From positions 288,001-352,000 of the forward strand of contig CAWBGA010000002.1 in assembly GCA_963788195.1 (NCBI GenBank): a DNA stretch of 64,000 nucleotides, read 5' to 3'. The stretch is from Nitrospirota bacterium (lineage in GTDB: Bacteria; Nitrospirota; Nitrospiria; Nitrospirales; NS-4). Below are positions 52,984 through 62,430 of the stretch, piece by piece. The notes below the pieces were generated by a model. It was not told where the DNA came from. It saw nothing but the letters and a program-made list of their open reading frames with translations, and ran no database searches. A program made the translations under genes and the position numbers. Numbering within the stretch: the stretch's first letter is position 1; each line of letters starts with the position of its first letter.

Positions 52984-53074
52984 ACTTCCAAGTGTCTCAT
53001 CCCTTCAGCTCAATAACTCGAAAACATGTGTGGTGAGCGAGCCTCCAAGGTTCTCATCATCTTCAAAGGATAAT

Positions 53075-53545
53075 ATGCCACCCAACACCGCGTCCGCAGC
53101 GACAATGTATCAACACAACCAGGTCACAAACGCCGATCCGGTGCAGTTGATCATGCTCCTCTACAATGGTGCGCTCTTCCGTATTGCTCAGGGCCGACAG
53201 CGGCTCCAGGAGAAGAATCAACTGCACGCCGGTCTCGCCATCAGCAAGGCGCAAGCTATCGTAGGCGAGCTTCGACAGTCCCTCAATCCGAACGCGGGGG
53301 GCGACATCGCGAAGAATTTAGATCGGCTGTATGCCTATCTCCATGAGCTGATGGTGAAGGCGATGGTCGAGAATCGAACTGAACCGTTGGATGAAGCGGT
53401 CAAATTGCTGACCGAGCTGCGCGGGGCCTGGAGCGAGGTGGCGACGCTTGCCACACCTCTCTGGGAAAAGAATCAGGCGGCGGCGCACTCGACGACTCAC
53501 ACAAGTGGATCCTCGGATGCGGTCCGCATGCAGGTGAAAGCTTAA
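53075..53545 (+). CDS. fliS: Flagellin chaperone FliS, copy 2
   Basis: YQ..QV..ADPVQLIMLLYNGA, IAKNLDRLYAYL, ELRGAW. Confidence 0.92.
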   Translation: MPPNTASAATMYQHNQVTNADPVQLIMLLYNGALFRIAQGRQRLQEKNQLHAGLAISKAQAIVGELRQSLNPNAGGDIAKNLDRLYAYLHELMVKAMVENRTEPLDEAVKLLTELRGAWSEVATLATPLWEKNQAAAHSTTHTSGSSDAVRMQVKA

Positions 53546-53561
53546 TTTTCTGAGGCAAGCC

Positions 53562-53933
53562 ATGCCGACGCAGGAATTATACACAGCCTACACACGGTTC
53601 ATGACGCTGATGGATCGCGCGACCGAGGCGATTGATCGCAAGGATTTAGATGAAGCCGGCTTGCTAGAAGAGCAGTTGGAATCGTCGACCTCTGAAATGA
53701 AAGCCCTGTTGCTGACCTCTATCGCCAATTCCACAACTCCTGAAGCGGTCGTTGAGTTGAAGCGGCTGCTCGAGCAGGCATTGGATCGTGTGACGAGGAA
53801 TCAGACGCAACTAGCCGGATGGATCGCTGAGACGGGGATGCAAGTTGGAAGACTTAAACAGGGCGCCCGCGCGGTTCACGGCTACGGACCCTCAATTCCC
53901 TCACGCCTGCCCTCATTCGAACAAAGAGCCTGA
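53562..53933 (+). CDS. Probable FliT-like chaperone
   Basis: Helical 123-aa protein after fliS with a ..A..GY C-terminal motif. Confidence 0.55.
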   Translation: MPTQELYTAYTRFMTLMDRATEAIDRKDLDEAGLLEEQLESSTSEMKALLLTSIANSTTPEAVVELKRLLEQALDRVTRNQTQLAGWIAETGMQVGRLKQGARAVHGYGPSIPSRLPSFEQRA

Positions 53934-54025
53934 AACCCCACGGTCCTCACATTTCTTTGCGTTTCTATAAGATAAGGATAAGATAGGATAGCAAGTCGAT
54001 CCATGCCCAGGAGCGCTACCATTCC

Positions 54026-54580
54026 ATGCCTCTGAACCGACCGCCTGAAGATCGCCGTGAAGGTGTGCGGGTTGATGATCGTGTCTTGCTCGAATATTGG
54101 CTGGTCAGCGACACGGGCCATACGACGGACACGTTTCGGCGCTTCGGCCAGATTCCGTTACCGGTCACCCCAGAAGCTGGAGAGCCACTCAAGCTTGATC
54201 CACTGGTGGTGCAATGGATGAGCAAGATCGAGTGGACGTTGGAAGCCATTTTGCACACGCTCGAGCACCAGTCCCCGCGAGCGTCCGCCGCCCGTTTGAT
54301 GGATGTCAATGTCAGCGGCGACGGCGTGCGGTTTCTTCCGGAGCGGCCCTTAACCGACGGGGATCTCATTGGGCTCCGCATGGTCCTACCGCCCTTCATC
54401 GTCGTGGAGGCACGCGGAGAAGTTATGCATATCCCTCCGGAACCTGGTGGGCTGGACCCTTCCCATACCGTCGTAGCGCGGTTCACCGACATCGCCGAAG
54501 AAGATCGGGAAAAGGTCATCCGCTATGTCGTGCAGCGTCAGGCTGAACTACAAAGGCGGCAGCTACGCAGCAATCGTTAG
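54026..54580 (+). CDS. PilZ-domain c-di-GMP receptor
   Basis: RREGVR (RxxxR) and NVSGDG (D/NxSxxG). Confidence 0.88.
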   Translation: MPLNRPPEDRREGVRVDDRVLLEYWLVSDTGHTTDTFRRFGQIPLPVTPEAGEPLKLDPLVVQWMSKIEWTLEAILHTLEHQSPRASAARLMDVNVSGDGVRFLPERPLTDGDLIGLRMVLPPFIVVEARGEVMHIPPEPGGLDPSHTVVARFTDIAEEDREKVIRYVVQRQAELQRRQLRSNR

Positions 54581-54592
54581 CAATATCAAAGA

Positions 54593-56326
54593 TTGGCATC
54601 AATTACCCTCAGATTCTCAGCGACACCAATCGCACGCCTGCGAGTCTTTCATTTCATGTTCCTCCTGCCGTTTCTGCTGAGCTGCTCTACTCATACCCCT
54701 CCAAGTTCCACCTCGGTTTCTCCGGCAGCGGACGACCTTGTGCCCCTAAACGCATATTCGGGCTCACTTCCCGAGCCTCTGGTGGTGTCGGTGTTGAACT
54801 TTGAGGACCGTATCCACCTCCCGCAATTTACCTGGGTGCGCAAAGGCCTGGCGGATATGTTGATTACGGACCTTCGCCAGGGGATCGGTGTCGAAATGGT
54901 TCAGAGGGAACGGCTGGAAGACGTGATGCGGGAACAGTCGCTACAGGCCGCGGGACGGATTGAGGAGAAGACCGCCGTCCGCGTTGGGCGCTTAACGGGC
55001 GCTACAGTGATGCTTTTGGGAAGCGCTACCCGCGTCGGCGATGTCCTAAGACTGGACGCTCATCTTTTAGATGTTGAACGGGGGACCGTCCTGGGCGCCG
55101 CATCTGTTGCCGGTCCTCTTGATGACGTCCTGAGTCTGGAGAAGCAGTTAGCTTCCCGGCTACTAGTGTTGCTTCAGCGCGCTCCAGGACCTATTCAACC
55201 GCTGGCTTCATCCCAGAGTCCTACCAGGAAGGCTGTCGAGACCTTGTACCAAGGCGTGGACGCCGCCGATCGAGGCGACGTTGACGGCGCCTTGTCCAAG
55301 TTTGAAGCCGCCATGGAGAAGGGTCCGCCCTATGCAGATGCCGAACGGCGTTATGAGCGCGCACTCCGGAAGGTCGACACAGCACGGCTGTGGGCTAATG
55401 CGGGGGGGCTGAAAGGCGGCCCGGAAGATCGAAGGCGCCTCGGCGCGAGGATTGCCGATGACCTGTTCCGGGAGGGATTGCTGGCCGAGGTGCAGGCGGA
55501 AGAGGTAGATAGGGGAATCGTGCATCTCCTCATCCGCTTCAGTGACGTCACCATTGAGCGCGTTCGAAAGGAAGTTGAGCGTTTAGGGGGGAGTGCTACC
55601 GAGCAGGCGGGGACGCTGGTTCTTCATCTAGGGCAAGACGAGGTCCATTCCGGGTTTGTGCGGGCCATTGAAACGCGCCGGCGGGTATTTCTTCATGTGC
55701 AGGGCTCCGACGGGGGACAGGTGGCGATCTATTCCCAGTTGAAAGGTTGGAGAGGTCAGGACTGGATCTCAAGCACCCCTGGAGGTGAAGTGCGGCTCTA
55801 TCTAGGGAAGCGACACATACTGGCGTTTCCCTGGCCGGTTGTGTCCTTCGAGCGTGGATCCTTGCGGTACGGGGTCAGTCTGGAGCCGGTGCCTCGTGAG
55901 CAGGCTGTTCTGCAGGTTGAACTGATCAGAACAGGCAATGACGGCCGCGAGACGATGCCAGGAACCACTTCCGAGCTGTCCGAATTGGAGACCGAAGCAC
56001 TTCTCATGGCCATGACCGGGGAGTTTGAACGACGCTGGAATCCGGACTTATGGGAGCGACCGCCGGGACCTGGATATTTGCCAAGTGCCCGACGTTCTAT
56101 TATGGTGTCGGCCCAAATCCAAAACCGAAAAGTCACGCTCCCGCGCATTGTCGGGGGCTCGGGAGATCGATCTTTCGATGAGGCCTGTCTGAATGCGGTT
56201 GAGGGCGCTGACAGTGGCCGTCTGGAGCCACTGCTGGCCCAATTCGAGCGAACTGGGGGAACGATGCGAATGAGGGTCAGCTGCGACCTGCTCAAAGATG
56301 CCCCTTCGCTGCTCGATGGTCGCTAA
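54593..56326 (+). CDS. Putative lipoprotein: CsgG/HfaB/FlgO-like domain, TPR and TonB/TolA C-terminal-like domain
   Basis: Lipobox FLLSC; VLNFE..GLADMLITDL..RERLE....EQ..VGRLTGA; GSGDRSFDEACLNAV. Confidence 0.65.
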   Translation: MASITLRFSATPIARLRVFHFMFLLPFLLSCSTHTPPSSTSVSPAADDLVPLNAYSGSLPEPLVVSVLNFEDRIHLPQFTWVRKGLADMLITDLRQGIGVEMVQRERLEDVMREQSLQAAGRIEEKTAVRVGRLTGATVMLLGSATRVGDVLRLDAHLLDVERGTVLGAASVAGPLDDVLSLEKQLASRLLVLLQRAPGPIQPLASSQSPTRKAVETLYQGVDAADRGDVDGALSKFEAAMEKGPPYADAERRYERALRKVDTARLWANAGGLKGGPEDRRRLGARIADDLFREGLLAEVQAEEVDRGIVHLLIRFSDVTIERVRKEVERLGGSATEQAGTLVLHLGQDEVHSGFVRAIETRRRVFLHVQGSDGGQVAIYSQLKGWRGQDWISSTPGGEVRLYLGKRHILAFPWPVVSFERGSLRYGVSLEPVPREQAVLQVELIRTGNDGRETMPGTTSELSELETEALLMAMTGEFERRWNPDLWERPPGPGYLPSARRSIMVSAQIQNRKVTLPRIVGGSGDRSFDEACLNAVEGADSGRLEPLLAQFERTGGTMRMRVSCDLLKDAPSLLDGR

Positions 56327-56402
56327 TATTGGACTGTCCGGCATGCCATCAATTATTTGACACTCTTAGTGCGAACTCCGGCCTTTTCCTGACAGGCTTT
56401 CT

Positions 56403-56429
56403 CAAGTTATAGGCTGATTCGGCCGAAAA
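56403..56429 (+). promoter_or_regulatory. Sigma28 promoter CAAG-N15-GCCGAAAA
   Basis: Motif and spacing match; intergenic, upstream of the RR-HK-DGC genes. Confidence 0.65.
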
Positions 56430-56494
56430 TTAGACTGATAGATACCTAGTTCTATGAGAGGTGAGGGCCGTTTAATGCCTATGAAACAGCGCAT

Positions 56495-56914
56495 TTGGGG
56501 ACAGCCTTGCAGATCGTAATCGTCGAAGACGACCCCATGAACGCGCTCGTCATGAGCAGGATTCTGACTCGCCTAGGTGGCCATGAGGTCACGGTGTTGG
56601 AATCCGTGGAGAAGTTACTCGCTCTAGTCCGCGCCGACAGCGTCGACGTGATCATCATGGACGTGTCGCTCTCAAACACCGAGTTCGAGGGGCGACCGAT
56701 CGATGGCGTCGAATTTACACGTTTGCTGAAGTCCGATAGCTCTAGAACGGTTCCCATTCTGCTCGCAACGGCGCATGCGATGAAAGGGGACGCCGAACGG
56801 TTGATGCTCGAGAGCGGGGCGGATGCGTACATCGCGAAGCCCATCAGCGATCCTCAAGCTTTTGTTGCCAAAGTGGAGGCGTGCGTGCGTAGTGCCACGA
56901 GCCGTATAAAGTGA
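56495..56914 (+). CDS. Single-domain response regulator (DivK-like)
   Basis: IVEDD, MDVSL, TAHAMKGD, KP; start codon uncertain. Confidence 0.88.
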   Translation: MGTALQIVIVEDDPMNALVMSRILTRLGGHEVTVLESVEKLLALVRADSVDVIIMDVSLSNTEFEGRPIDGVEFTRLLKSDSSRTVPILLATAHAMKGDAERLMLESGADAYIAKPISDPQAFVAKVEACVRSATSRIK

Positions 56915-58182
56915 AGGAGACTCCAATCCGCTTGAAGCATGAACTGCCAGCTCCGACCGTCCCGCCGGATGCGAGCATCACCGCCGAAGTGGCGGAAGAG
57001 GCGAATCGCCTAAAGAGTGAGTTCCTCGCCATCACGTCTCACGAGCTGCGTACGCCATTGAACGCGATCCTCGGGAGCCTCAGCATGATCCAGAGCGGCC
57101 TGTGCGATTCACGAGAAGAAGAACTTGAGTTCGTCCGCAAGGCCTACATCAGTTCACAGCACCTCCTGAGCGTCGTTGAAAATCTGCTGGACCTTGAAAA
57201 GATCCAATCCGGAAAACTGCACGCGGGCCTGGAGCCTGTCAGTCTCACAGCGCTCTTTGAGTCCGTCAACCGTCGCACGCTTGGGCTCGCCAGCCAAAAA
57301 GGCCTGACGTTATCCTTTGATGTGCCATACGGATTGGATCTTCAAGTCAGGGGCGACGATGCGCGTCTGCAACAGATCCTTCTCAATCTTGTTGGAAATG
57401 CCATCAAGTTTACGATGAAGGGATCCGTACGGGTTCGTGCCGAGGCCCTCCCCGAAAAAGGTCATGCGATTGTTCTCGTGGAAGACACCGGGGTTGGTGT
57501 CCCACTAGCAAAGCAAGCGAAGCTCTTTCAGGCGTTCGTGCAGGCCGACGGCAGTACGACCCGCAAGTTCGGGGGCACAGGGCTTGGCTTATCTATTTCC
57601 CGACAGCTCATCGAGCTCATGGGAGGGACCTTGACGTTGTTCAGTGAGGGTGATGGAAGAGGTACCCGGATGATACTGACGATCCCTTTGTTCGTCGAAC
57701 CGATCCTCTCCGAGGAACGGGAGGACGACGCGGATCCTCCCCATGACCAGCCTCTTGCGCTTGTTGTAGAAGACGACGGGGCCATCCGGCAGTTTTTGGA
57801 AACCGTGCTCGAAGGAGAGGGCTATCGGACGAAAGGCGTCGAAACAGCAGACGAGGCATTGGCGGCCTTAGCCGTCGAGACCCCCTCCCTGATCACGTTG
57901 GACATTGGTCTTCCCTCCAATGCTCATGCACAACTTCGCACAGGATGGAACCTGCTGCGTGTCATTGATGAATGGATGGCAAGCCACATGCAGGGTGGGC
58001 CGCGGCCGTCTGTCCTGATCGTCTCGGGCCACGATGGCGAGGTGTCTCGGCGTCTCGTGGAAGAGCAGTATTTCTGCGACCCCAAGGTTCTTCCGAAACC
58101 TTTTACCGTGCATCAGCTCGTAGCCGCATTGCCACGGCGAAGTCTCTCGCCGTTGCCGTCAGATGCCGGAGTAGAGTCATGA
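56911..58182 (+). CDS. Hybrid histidine kinase (HisKA-HATPase-REC) lacking an input domain
   Basis: SHELRTPLN, NLVGNAIKF, DTGVG, GGTGLGL, C-terminal REC. Confidence 0.9.
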   Translation: MKETPIRLKHELPAPTVPPDASITAEVAEEANRLKSEFLAITSHELRTPLNAILGSLSMIQSGLCDSREEELEFVRKAYISSQHLLSVVENLLDLEKIQSGKLHAGLEPVSLTALFESVNRRTLGLASQKGLTLSFDVPYGLDLQVRGDDARLQQILLNLVGNAIKFTMKGSVRVRAEALPEKGHAIVLVEDTGVGVPLAKQAKLFQAFVQADGSTTRKFGGTGLGLSISRQLIELMGGTLTLFSEGDGRGTRMILTIPLFVEPILSEEREDDADPPHDQPLALVVEDDGAIRQFLETVLEGEGYRTKGVETADEALAALAVETPSLITLDIGLPSNAHAQLRTGWNLLRVIDEWMASHMQGGPRPSVLIVSGHDGEVSRRLVEEQYFCDPKVLPKPFTVHQLVAALPRRSLSPLPSDAGVES

Positions 58183-59111
58183 CGGCGATGGCGCACGATC
58201 CTGCCCCCCTAGGTGTTCCGCAAAAGCCCGAGTTGAAAATCCTCGTCGCGGAAGATGATCCCAATTTGAGGATCATTCTAAATAAGCAACTGGCCGGGAA
58301 AGGTCAGCTGCGTCTTGCCGTAGACGGTGCCGACGCGTGGAAGCAGTATCAGGAAGATCCCCCTGACATTCTATTGTCCGATTGGAACATGCCGAACATG
58401 AGTGGACTTGATCTCTGTCGCAAGGTGAAGGCTGTTCCTGGACGCTGCTATGTCATTCTGATGACCGCCCGGGACGCGTTGGACGACAAAGTCGATGCGT
58501 TGGATTACGGCGCGGATGACTACCTGGTTAAACCAGTACATCCCCGGGAGCTAGACGCCCGCATCAAGGCCGCGGCTCGGATCTGTGAAGCGCAACAGTC
58601 CCTGGCGGCGGAGAGTAGATTGGACGGCTTGACCGGATTAAAGAATCGGCGTGCCTTCGAAGAAGCCCTTCCGTATGAAATTGCCAAGGCAGACCGCGCC
58701 GGAAAACCGTTTTGTCTCGTCATGGGTGATGTCAACCGCTTTAAAGACGTTAACGACCAGTACGGACACCAGGTGGGAGACAAAGTGCTCGCGGCAGTAG
58801 GGGGAGTCATGACTCAGAGCCTTCGAAAGATTGATTTCATGTATCGTCTGGGCGGGGACGAATTTGCCGCCATTTTACCCGAGTGCCCCCGGACGGGAGG
58901 AGAGAATTGCTTGCTTCGGCTGAAGAAGGCCGTGACTGCCCTTCGCGTAGACGAGATGCCGGAGGCTGTCGTAATTAGTTGGGGACTGGCGGTGTTTGAT
59001 CCATTGTCTCCTGTGGCAATGGATGTCTTGATCCGCGAGGCCGATCAGGAGATGTATCTGTCAAAGCGCGAGCGGATGACTCCCCTCGAGGGCGGTACGC
59101 TGCAAAGATAA
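58179..59111 (+). CDS. REC-GGDEF diguanylate cyclase
   Basis: SDWNMP; RKID I-site; RLGGDEF. Confidence 0.92.
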   Translation: MTAMAHDPAPLGVPQKPELKILVAEDDPNLRIILNKQLAGKGQLRLAVDGADAWKQYQEDPPDILLSDWNMPNMSGLDLCRKVKAVPGRCYVILMTARDALDDKVDALDYGADDYLVKPVHPRELDARIKAAARICEAQQSLAAESRLDGLTGLKNRRAFEEALPYEIAKADRAGKPFCLVMGDVNRFKDVNDQYGHQVGDKVLAAVGGVMTQSLRKIDFMYRLGGDEFAAILPECPRTGGENCLLRLKKAVTALRVDEMPEAVVISWGLAVFDPLSPVAMDVLIREADQEMYLSKRERMTPLEGGTLQR

Positions 59112-59158
59112 AGGGAAGACTTTTCTATCATTCAGCGCTTTGTGAATGGCAACTCGGT

Positions 59159-59185
59159 CAAGACGAACGGCTTTTCAACCGATAA
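59159..59185 (+). promoter_or_regulatory. Sigma28 promoter CAAG-N15-ACCGATAA
   Basis: Near-consensus site ~35 nt upstream of the ATG at 59221. Confidence 0.75.
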
Positions 59186-59220
59186 TTAGGGGACGCCGTG
59201 TTGTCTTTTGGAAATCTCTG

Positions 59221-60489
59221 ATGAAACATCGAAAGCGCGTGCGAGTCCAAGACCTGCAGGTGGGAATGCGCCTAATCGGCCTCGACAGGCCGTGGATGGA
59301 AACGCCTTTTCTGTGGCATCGGATGGTGCTGCGGGACAAGGGCCAGATTGAGAAAATTACCGCCTGCGGCGCTCAATATGCGGAGATCGAGACCGAAGAG
59401 CTTGTGGAGAAACAAGCCGAGAAACAGGCCATTGAGCATCCCCTAGCAAACCCTAAGGAAGAGGCCTTTCAAGATATTCCCGAGACGCCGCCGCCTGCAC
59501 TTACGGCGGCCCTGCCGGAACCGGTCCCGTTCTCCGAAGAGCTCGCTCCAGCCAACGAAATCTATAACGCGGCAAAGAATCTGCTGCTCGAGGCTGTGGA
59601 AGACGTCCGGATGGGACGAGAGGTTAATGTCGCGGCCGTCATCGGCGTCGTTGAAAATATCCTGGACAGCCTGGTTCGCAATCCCGATACGCTTCCAAGT
59701 CTCACGCAATTAAAAAGCCACGATGAGTATACTTTTTCCCACTCGGTGAATGTCGGCATCCTGGTTGTGGCCTTCGGCCGCCATCACGGGCTGGCGCCGG
59801 ATGCGCTCCTTCGCCTGGGAGTCGGCGGCTTGCTACACGACATCGGCAAGGTCCACGTTCCGTTGTCGATTCTCAATAAACCGGGTCGCTATACAAAGGA
59901 TGAGTACGACGTGATGAAGCGGCATCCTGAGACCGGCGGCGAGATTCTACATCGAACGCCGGGCATTGCGGAAGACTCGATTCACCCGGCGCTGGAGCAT
60001 CATGAGCGAGGAGACGGCACCGGGTATCCCTACAATAAGACCCTCGCCAAAATGAACCCCTTCGGATTGATCACGCAATTGGCTGATGTCTACGACGCAA
60101 TGACCAGCGAACGCGTCTACCACAAAGAGCGACCGCCCTACGAGGTGCTTCGCTATCTGTATGCGCGAGGACAAAGCGGCCACTTTGACCTCAGCATGGT
60201 TCAAAAATTCATTCAGTGTGTGGGTATATATCCCGTCGGAAGCCTCGTCGAATTGAATACCGGCGAGAGCGGCATCGTCATGAGTGTCAACCGCAACTGG
60301 CTCTTAGCGCCCCGGGTGTTGATCACGCAAGGCCGCAATGGGCCTTTATCGCCGCCCTACCTGGAATTGGACCTCGCCGAACCCAACCTGCGCCCTCTGC
60401 GGACGATTATGTCGGTTCAAGACCATTCATCTCTCAACATCAACCTGGCCGATTATCTGGCGAAACCTCAGCATAACCCAGCCGAATGA
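59221..60489 (+). CDS. DUF3391-like plus HD-GYP c-di-GMP phosphodiesterase
   Basis: DLQVGM..LDRPW..TPF; YTFSHSVNV; LHDIGK; HHERGDGTGYP; GIYPVGS. Confidence 0.92.
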   Translation: MKHRKRVRVQDLQVGMRLIGLDRPWMETPFLWHRMVLRDKGQIEKITACGAQYAEIETEELVEKQAEKQAIEHPLANPKEEAFQDIPETPPPALTAALPEPVPFSEELAPANEIYNAAKNLLLEAVEDVRMGREVNVAAVIGVVENILDSLVRNPDTLPSLTQLKSHDEYTFSHSVNVGILVVAFGRHHGLAPDALLRLGVGGLLHDIGKVHVPLSILNKPGRYTKDEYDVMKRHPETGGEILHRTPGIAEDSIHPALEHHERGDGTGYPYNKTLAKMNPFGLITQLADVYDAMTSERVYHKERPPYEVLRYLYARGQSGHFDLSMVQKFIQCVGIYPVGSLVELNTGESGIVMSVNRNWLLAPRVLITQGRNGPLSPPYLELDLAEPNLRPLRTIMSVQDHSSLNINLADYLAKPQHNPAE

Positions 60490-61162
60490 GGCATATCGGA
60501 TCTCCCACGATTGCCGTCGGATAGTCTTCATCCTCGACGATACAGCCAAACCCTTGGCGTTCGCACCAATGGGTGATCCACGGAATCTCTTCCACCGAGG
60601 TGGTCACGAGACCAGGCCGATCTAGTTTCTCCAGACAGGCAGCCGCCAGCGCCGTGACGGCACTGCGTTCCATGGTGAACACGTCAGGATCGAACGTGAC
60701 CGGGTTCGCCCGTCCGGAGGACAAGGCTCCGACTTGAGGGAAGCACTCGGGATCGTTAAGGACACTGACAATACACAAGTGATCGACCGTATCCTGTGCC
60801 GTTCGGGCGTCCGCGGCATGGAAGCTGAACGGCAGGCCCCGGCACGCGTGGTTGAGGACCGTCACCTCAGCCGTGCGCAAATTATACGCGTGGACTTCAC
60901 GACCGAGCTCGAGAGTCTCCATGATCAGGGCGGGTATCTCGGCGACTCCCGCGCCTACGTACAAGCTTCGGCCCTTCGGGCGAAGGCGACTGAGCAGAAC
61001 TTCTGCCAGCTGAATTCCAAGCTCCTGCGCGGGTCCTCGCCGCTCCTCCCAAAAAGCCTCTCCGCCTTCGTCGCAATACACAGCGCCGAGTGCAGAATAA
61101 TCGAGCGTGTTAAAGACCTGTATAATGGCGTCGCGGGTTTTCTGGGTGAGATGTCGGGCCAT
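60440..61162 (-). CDS. Conserved hypothetical protein, possible SAM-methyltransferase-like fold
   Basis: 240-aa ORF with SLYVGAG glycine motif. Confidence 0.6.
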   Translation of the reverse strand: MARHLTQKTRDAIIQVFNTLDYSALGAVYCDEGGEAFWEERRGPAQELGIQLAEVLLSRLRPKGRSLYVGAGVAEIPALIMETLELGREVHAYNLRTAEVTVLNHACRGLPFSFHAADARTAQDTVDHLCIVSVLNDPECFPQVGALSSGRANPVTFDPDVFTMERSAVTALAAACLEKLDRPGLVTTSVEEIPWITHWCERQGFGCIVEDEDYPTAIVGDPICLIRLGYAEVSPDNRPG

Positions 61163-61254
61163 TACGGTTTGACTTTCAAGCTTCCGATAAGACCCACCCG
61201 CACGAACGTACTCATTCGCCCGAGACTTGGAAAGAGTTTTTTTGGAGATTTGCC

Positions 61255-62025
61255 GTGTACGCGATCTATCGATTATCGCAGATGTTTCTACAAGTAGAGT
61301 TGTGGATCTTTATGTGCCTTATCGCCGCGGCCTACCTCGCTCTTCGAAGGAGATTCCTGCCGTCGCGGAGACTCTTGCTGCTGGGGCTCCTGCTGATCTA
61401 TTTGATGGGTCTGACGCCCTATCGCCAAGGCGCTCATCGGTCCTCTGGAGACTCGCTATCCCCCGCTGGTTCCCGGACAGGAAGCTTCCGCTGACGCGAT
61501 CGTGGTGATGTCCGGGGGGATACGTTGGCAGCCCCCGATCCATTCGCATACCATCCTGGGCACGGAGAGCCTGGACCGTTTGATCTGCGGCATCCATCTG
61601 TTCAAAGCGGCATCATCGCCATTCCTGGTGCTCACCGGAGGCGACGCCCAAGCCTCTGCGCGGCCCGCTCTGGAAGCGCTTGCCATGCAGGACGAAGCCG
61701 TGCGTTTCGGCATTCCTAAAGAGGCGATTCTGACCGAGACACAATCTCGCACTACGGCAGAGAGCGCCGTCGAGGTGCGGCGTCTGTTGCCGAACGCTCG
61801 GCGCATCGTCGCTCACGACTGCAGCCTACCACCTGCCGCGAACCGTGGCTGTGTTTGAGAAACAGGGGTTTGAGATTATTCCAGCGCCATGCACCTACCA
61901 GGTGACCGGCGAGGAGTTTACACCTACGGACCTTCTGCCTCGGTTGGGCAGCATGAGACTGATCAACTCAGGCGATTCACGAATACGTGGGCATGGCCGT
62001 GTATAAGGCTCTGGACAAATTGTAA
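61255..62025 (+). CDS. YdcF/DUF218 (ElyC/SanA-like) membrane protein; frameshifted
   Basis: Two TM helices, DAIVVMSGG, LTGG, ETQSRTTAE, HLPR, HEYVG. Confidence 0.8.
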
Positions 62026-62076
62026 TTGATCGGCGTCAAGACAGCTTCCAGGTTTGTCTGAAGCCGTCTTTTGGAA

Positions 62077-62430
62077 TCAACGATTTTCTGGCTTGCCGTT
62101 TCCTTGGGTCATCTTTTCCACAATCTCGACGCATTGAATGACAAATAGCCCCTCCTCCCCGCCGGCATATAGGCCTGGGACCACCGCTGCCAATACCACC
62201 GGAGGATCCATCCGAGCCAGAGCGAGGCGCACCGCCTCCCGCATTACATTATTGAACTTCTCACAGTCGGCTTTGCGGAACGGCCCCGCGGTGCGCCACA
62301 CGCCCCAAACGCTGTCCACGGCCATAAAGCGTGGCTCGGCGGCGGCGAAACCCACTTGGGTAAGCAGTAACAAACGGTCAATACCAGTCCCGAATGTCCA
62401 AGGTGAGCATATGATTTTACGAATAACCAC
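62077..62430 (-). CDS. Hypothetical, possibly secreted protein
   Basis: GGAGG upstream of GTG; signal-like LLLLTQVGFAAAEP. Confidence 0.4.
   Translation of the reverse strand: MVIRKIICSPWTFGTGIDRLLLLTQVGFAAAEPRFMAVDSVWGVWRTAGPFRKADCEKFNNVMREAVRLALARMDPPVVLAAVVPGLYAGGEEGLFVIQCVEIVEKMTQGNGKPENR

Noticed and set aside
61183..61190. TCCGATAA sigma28 -10 box upstream of the YdcF-like gene
   Set aside because: No xAAG -35 at a 15-nt spacer
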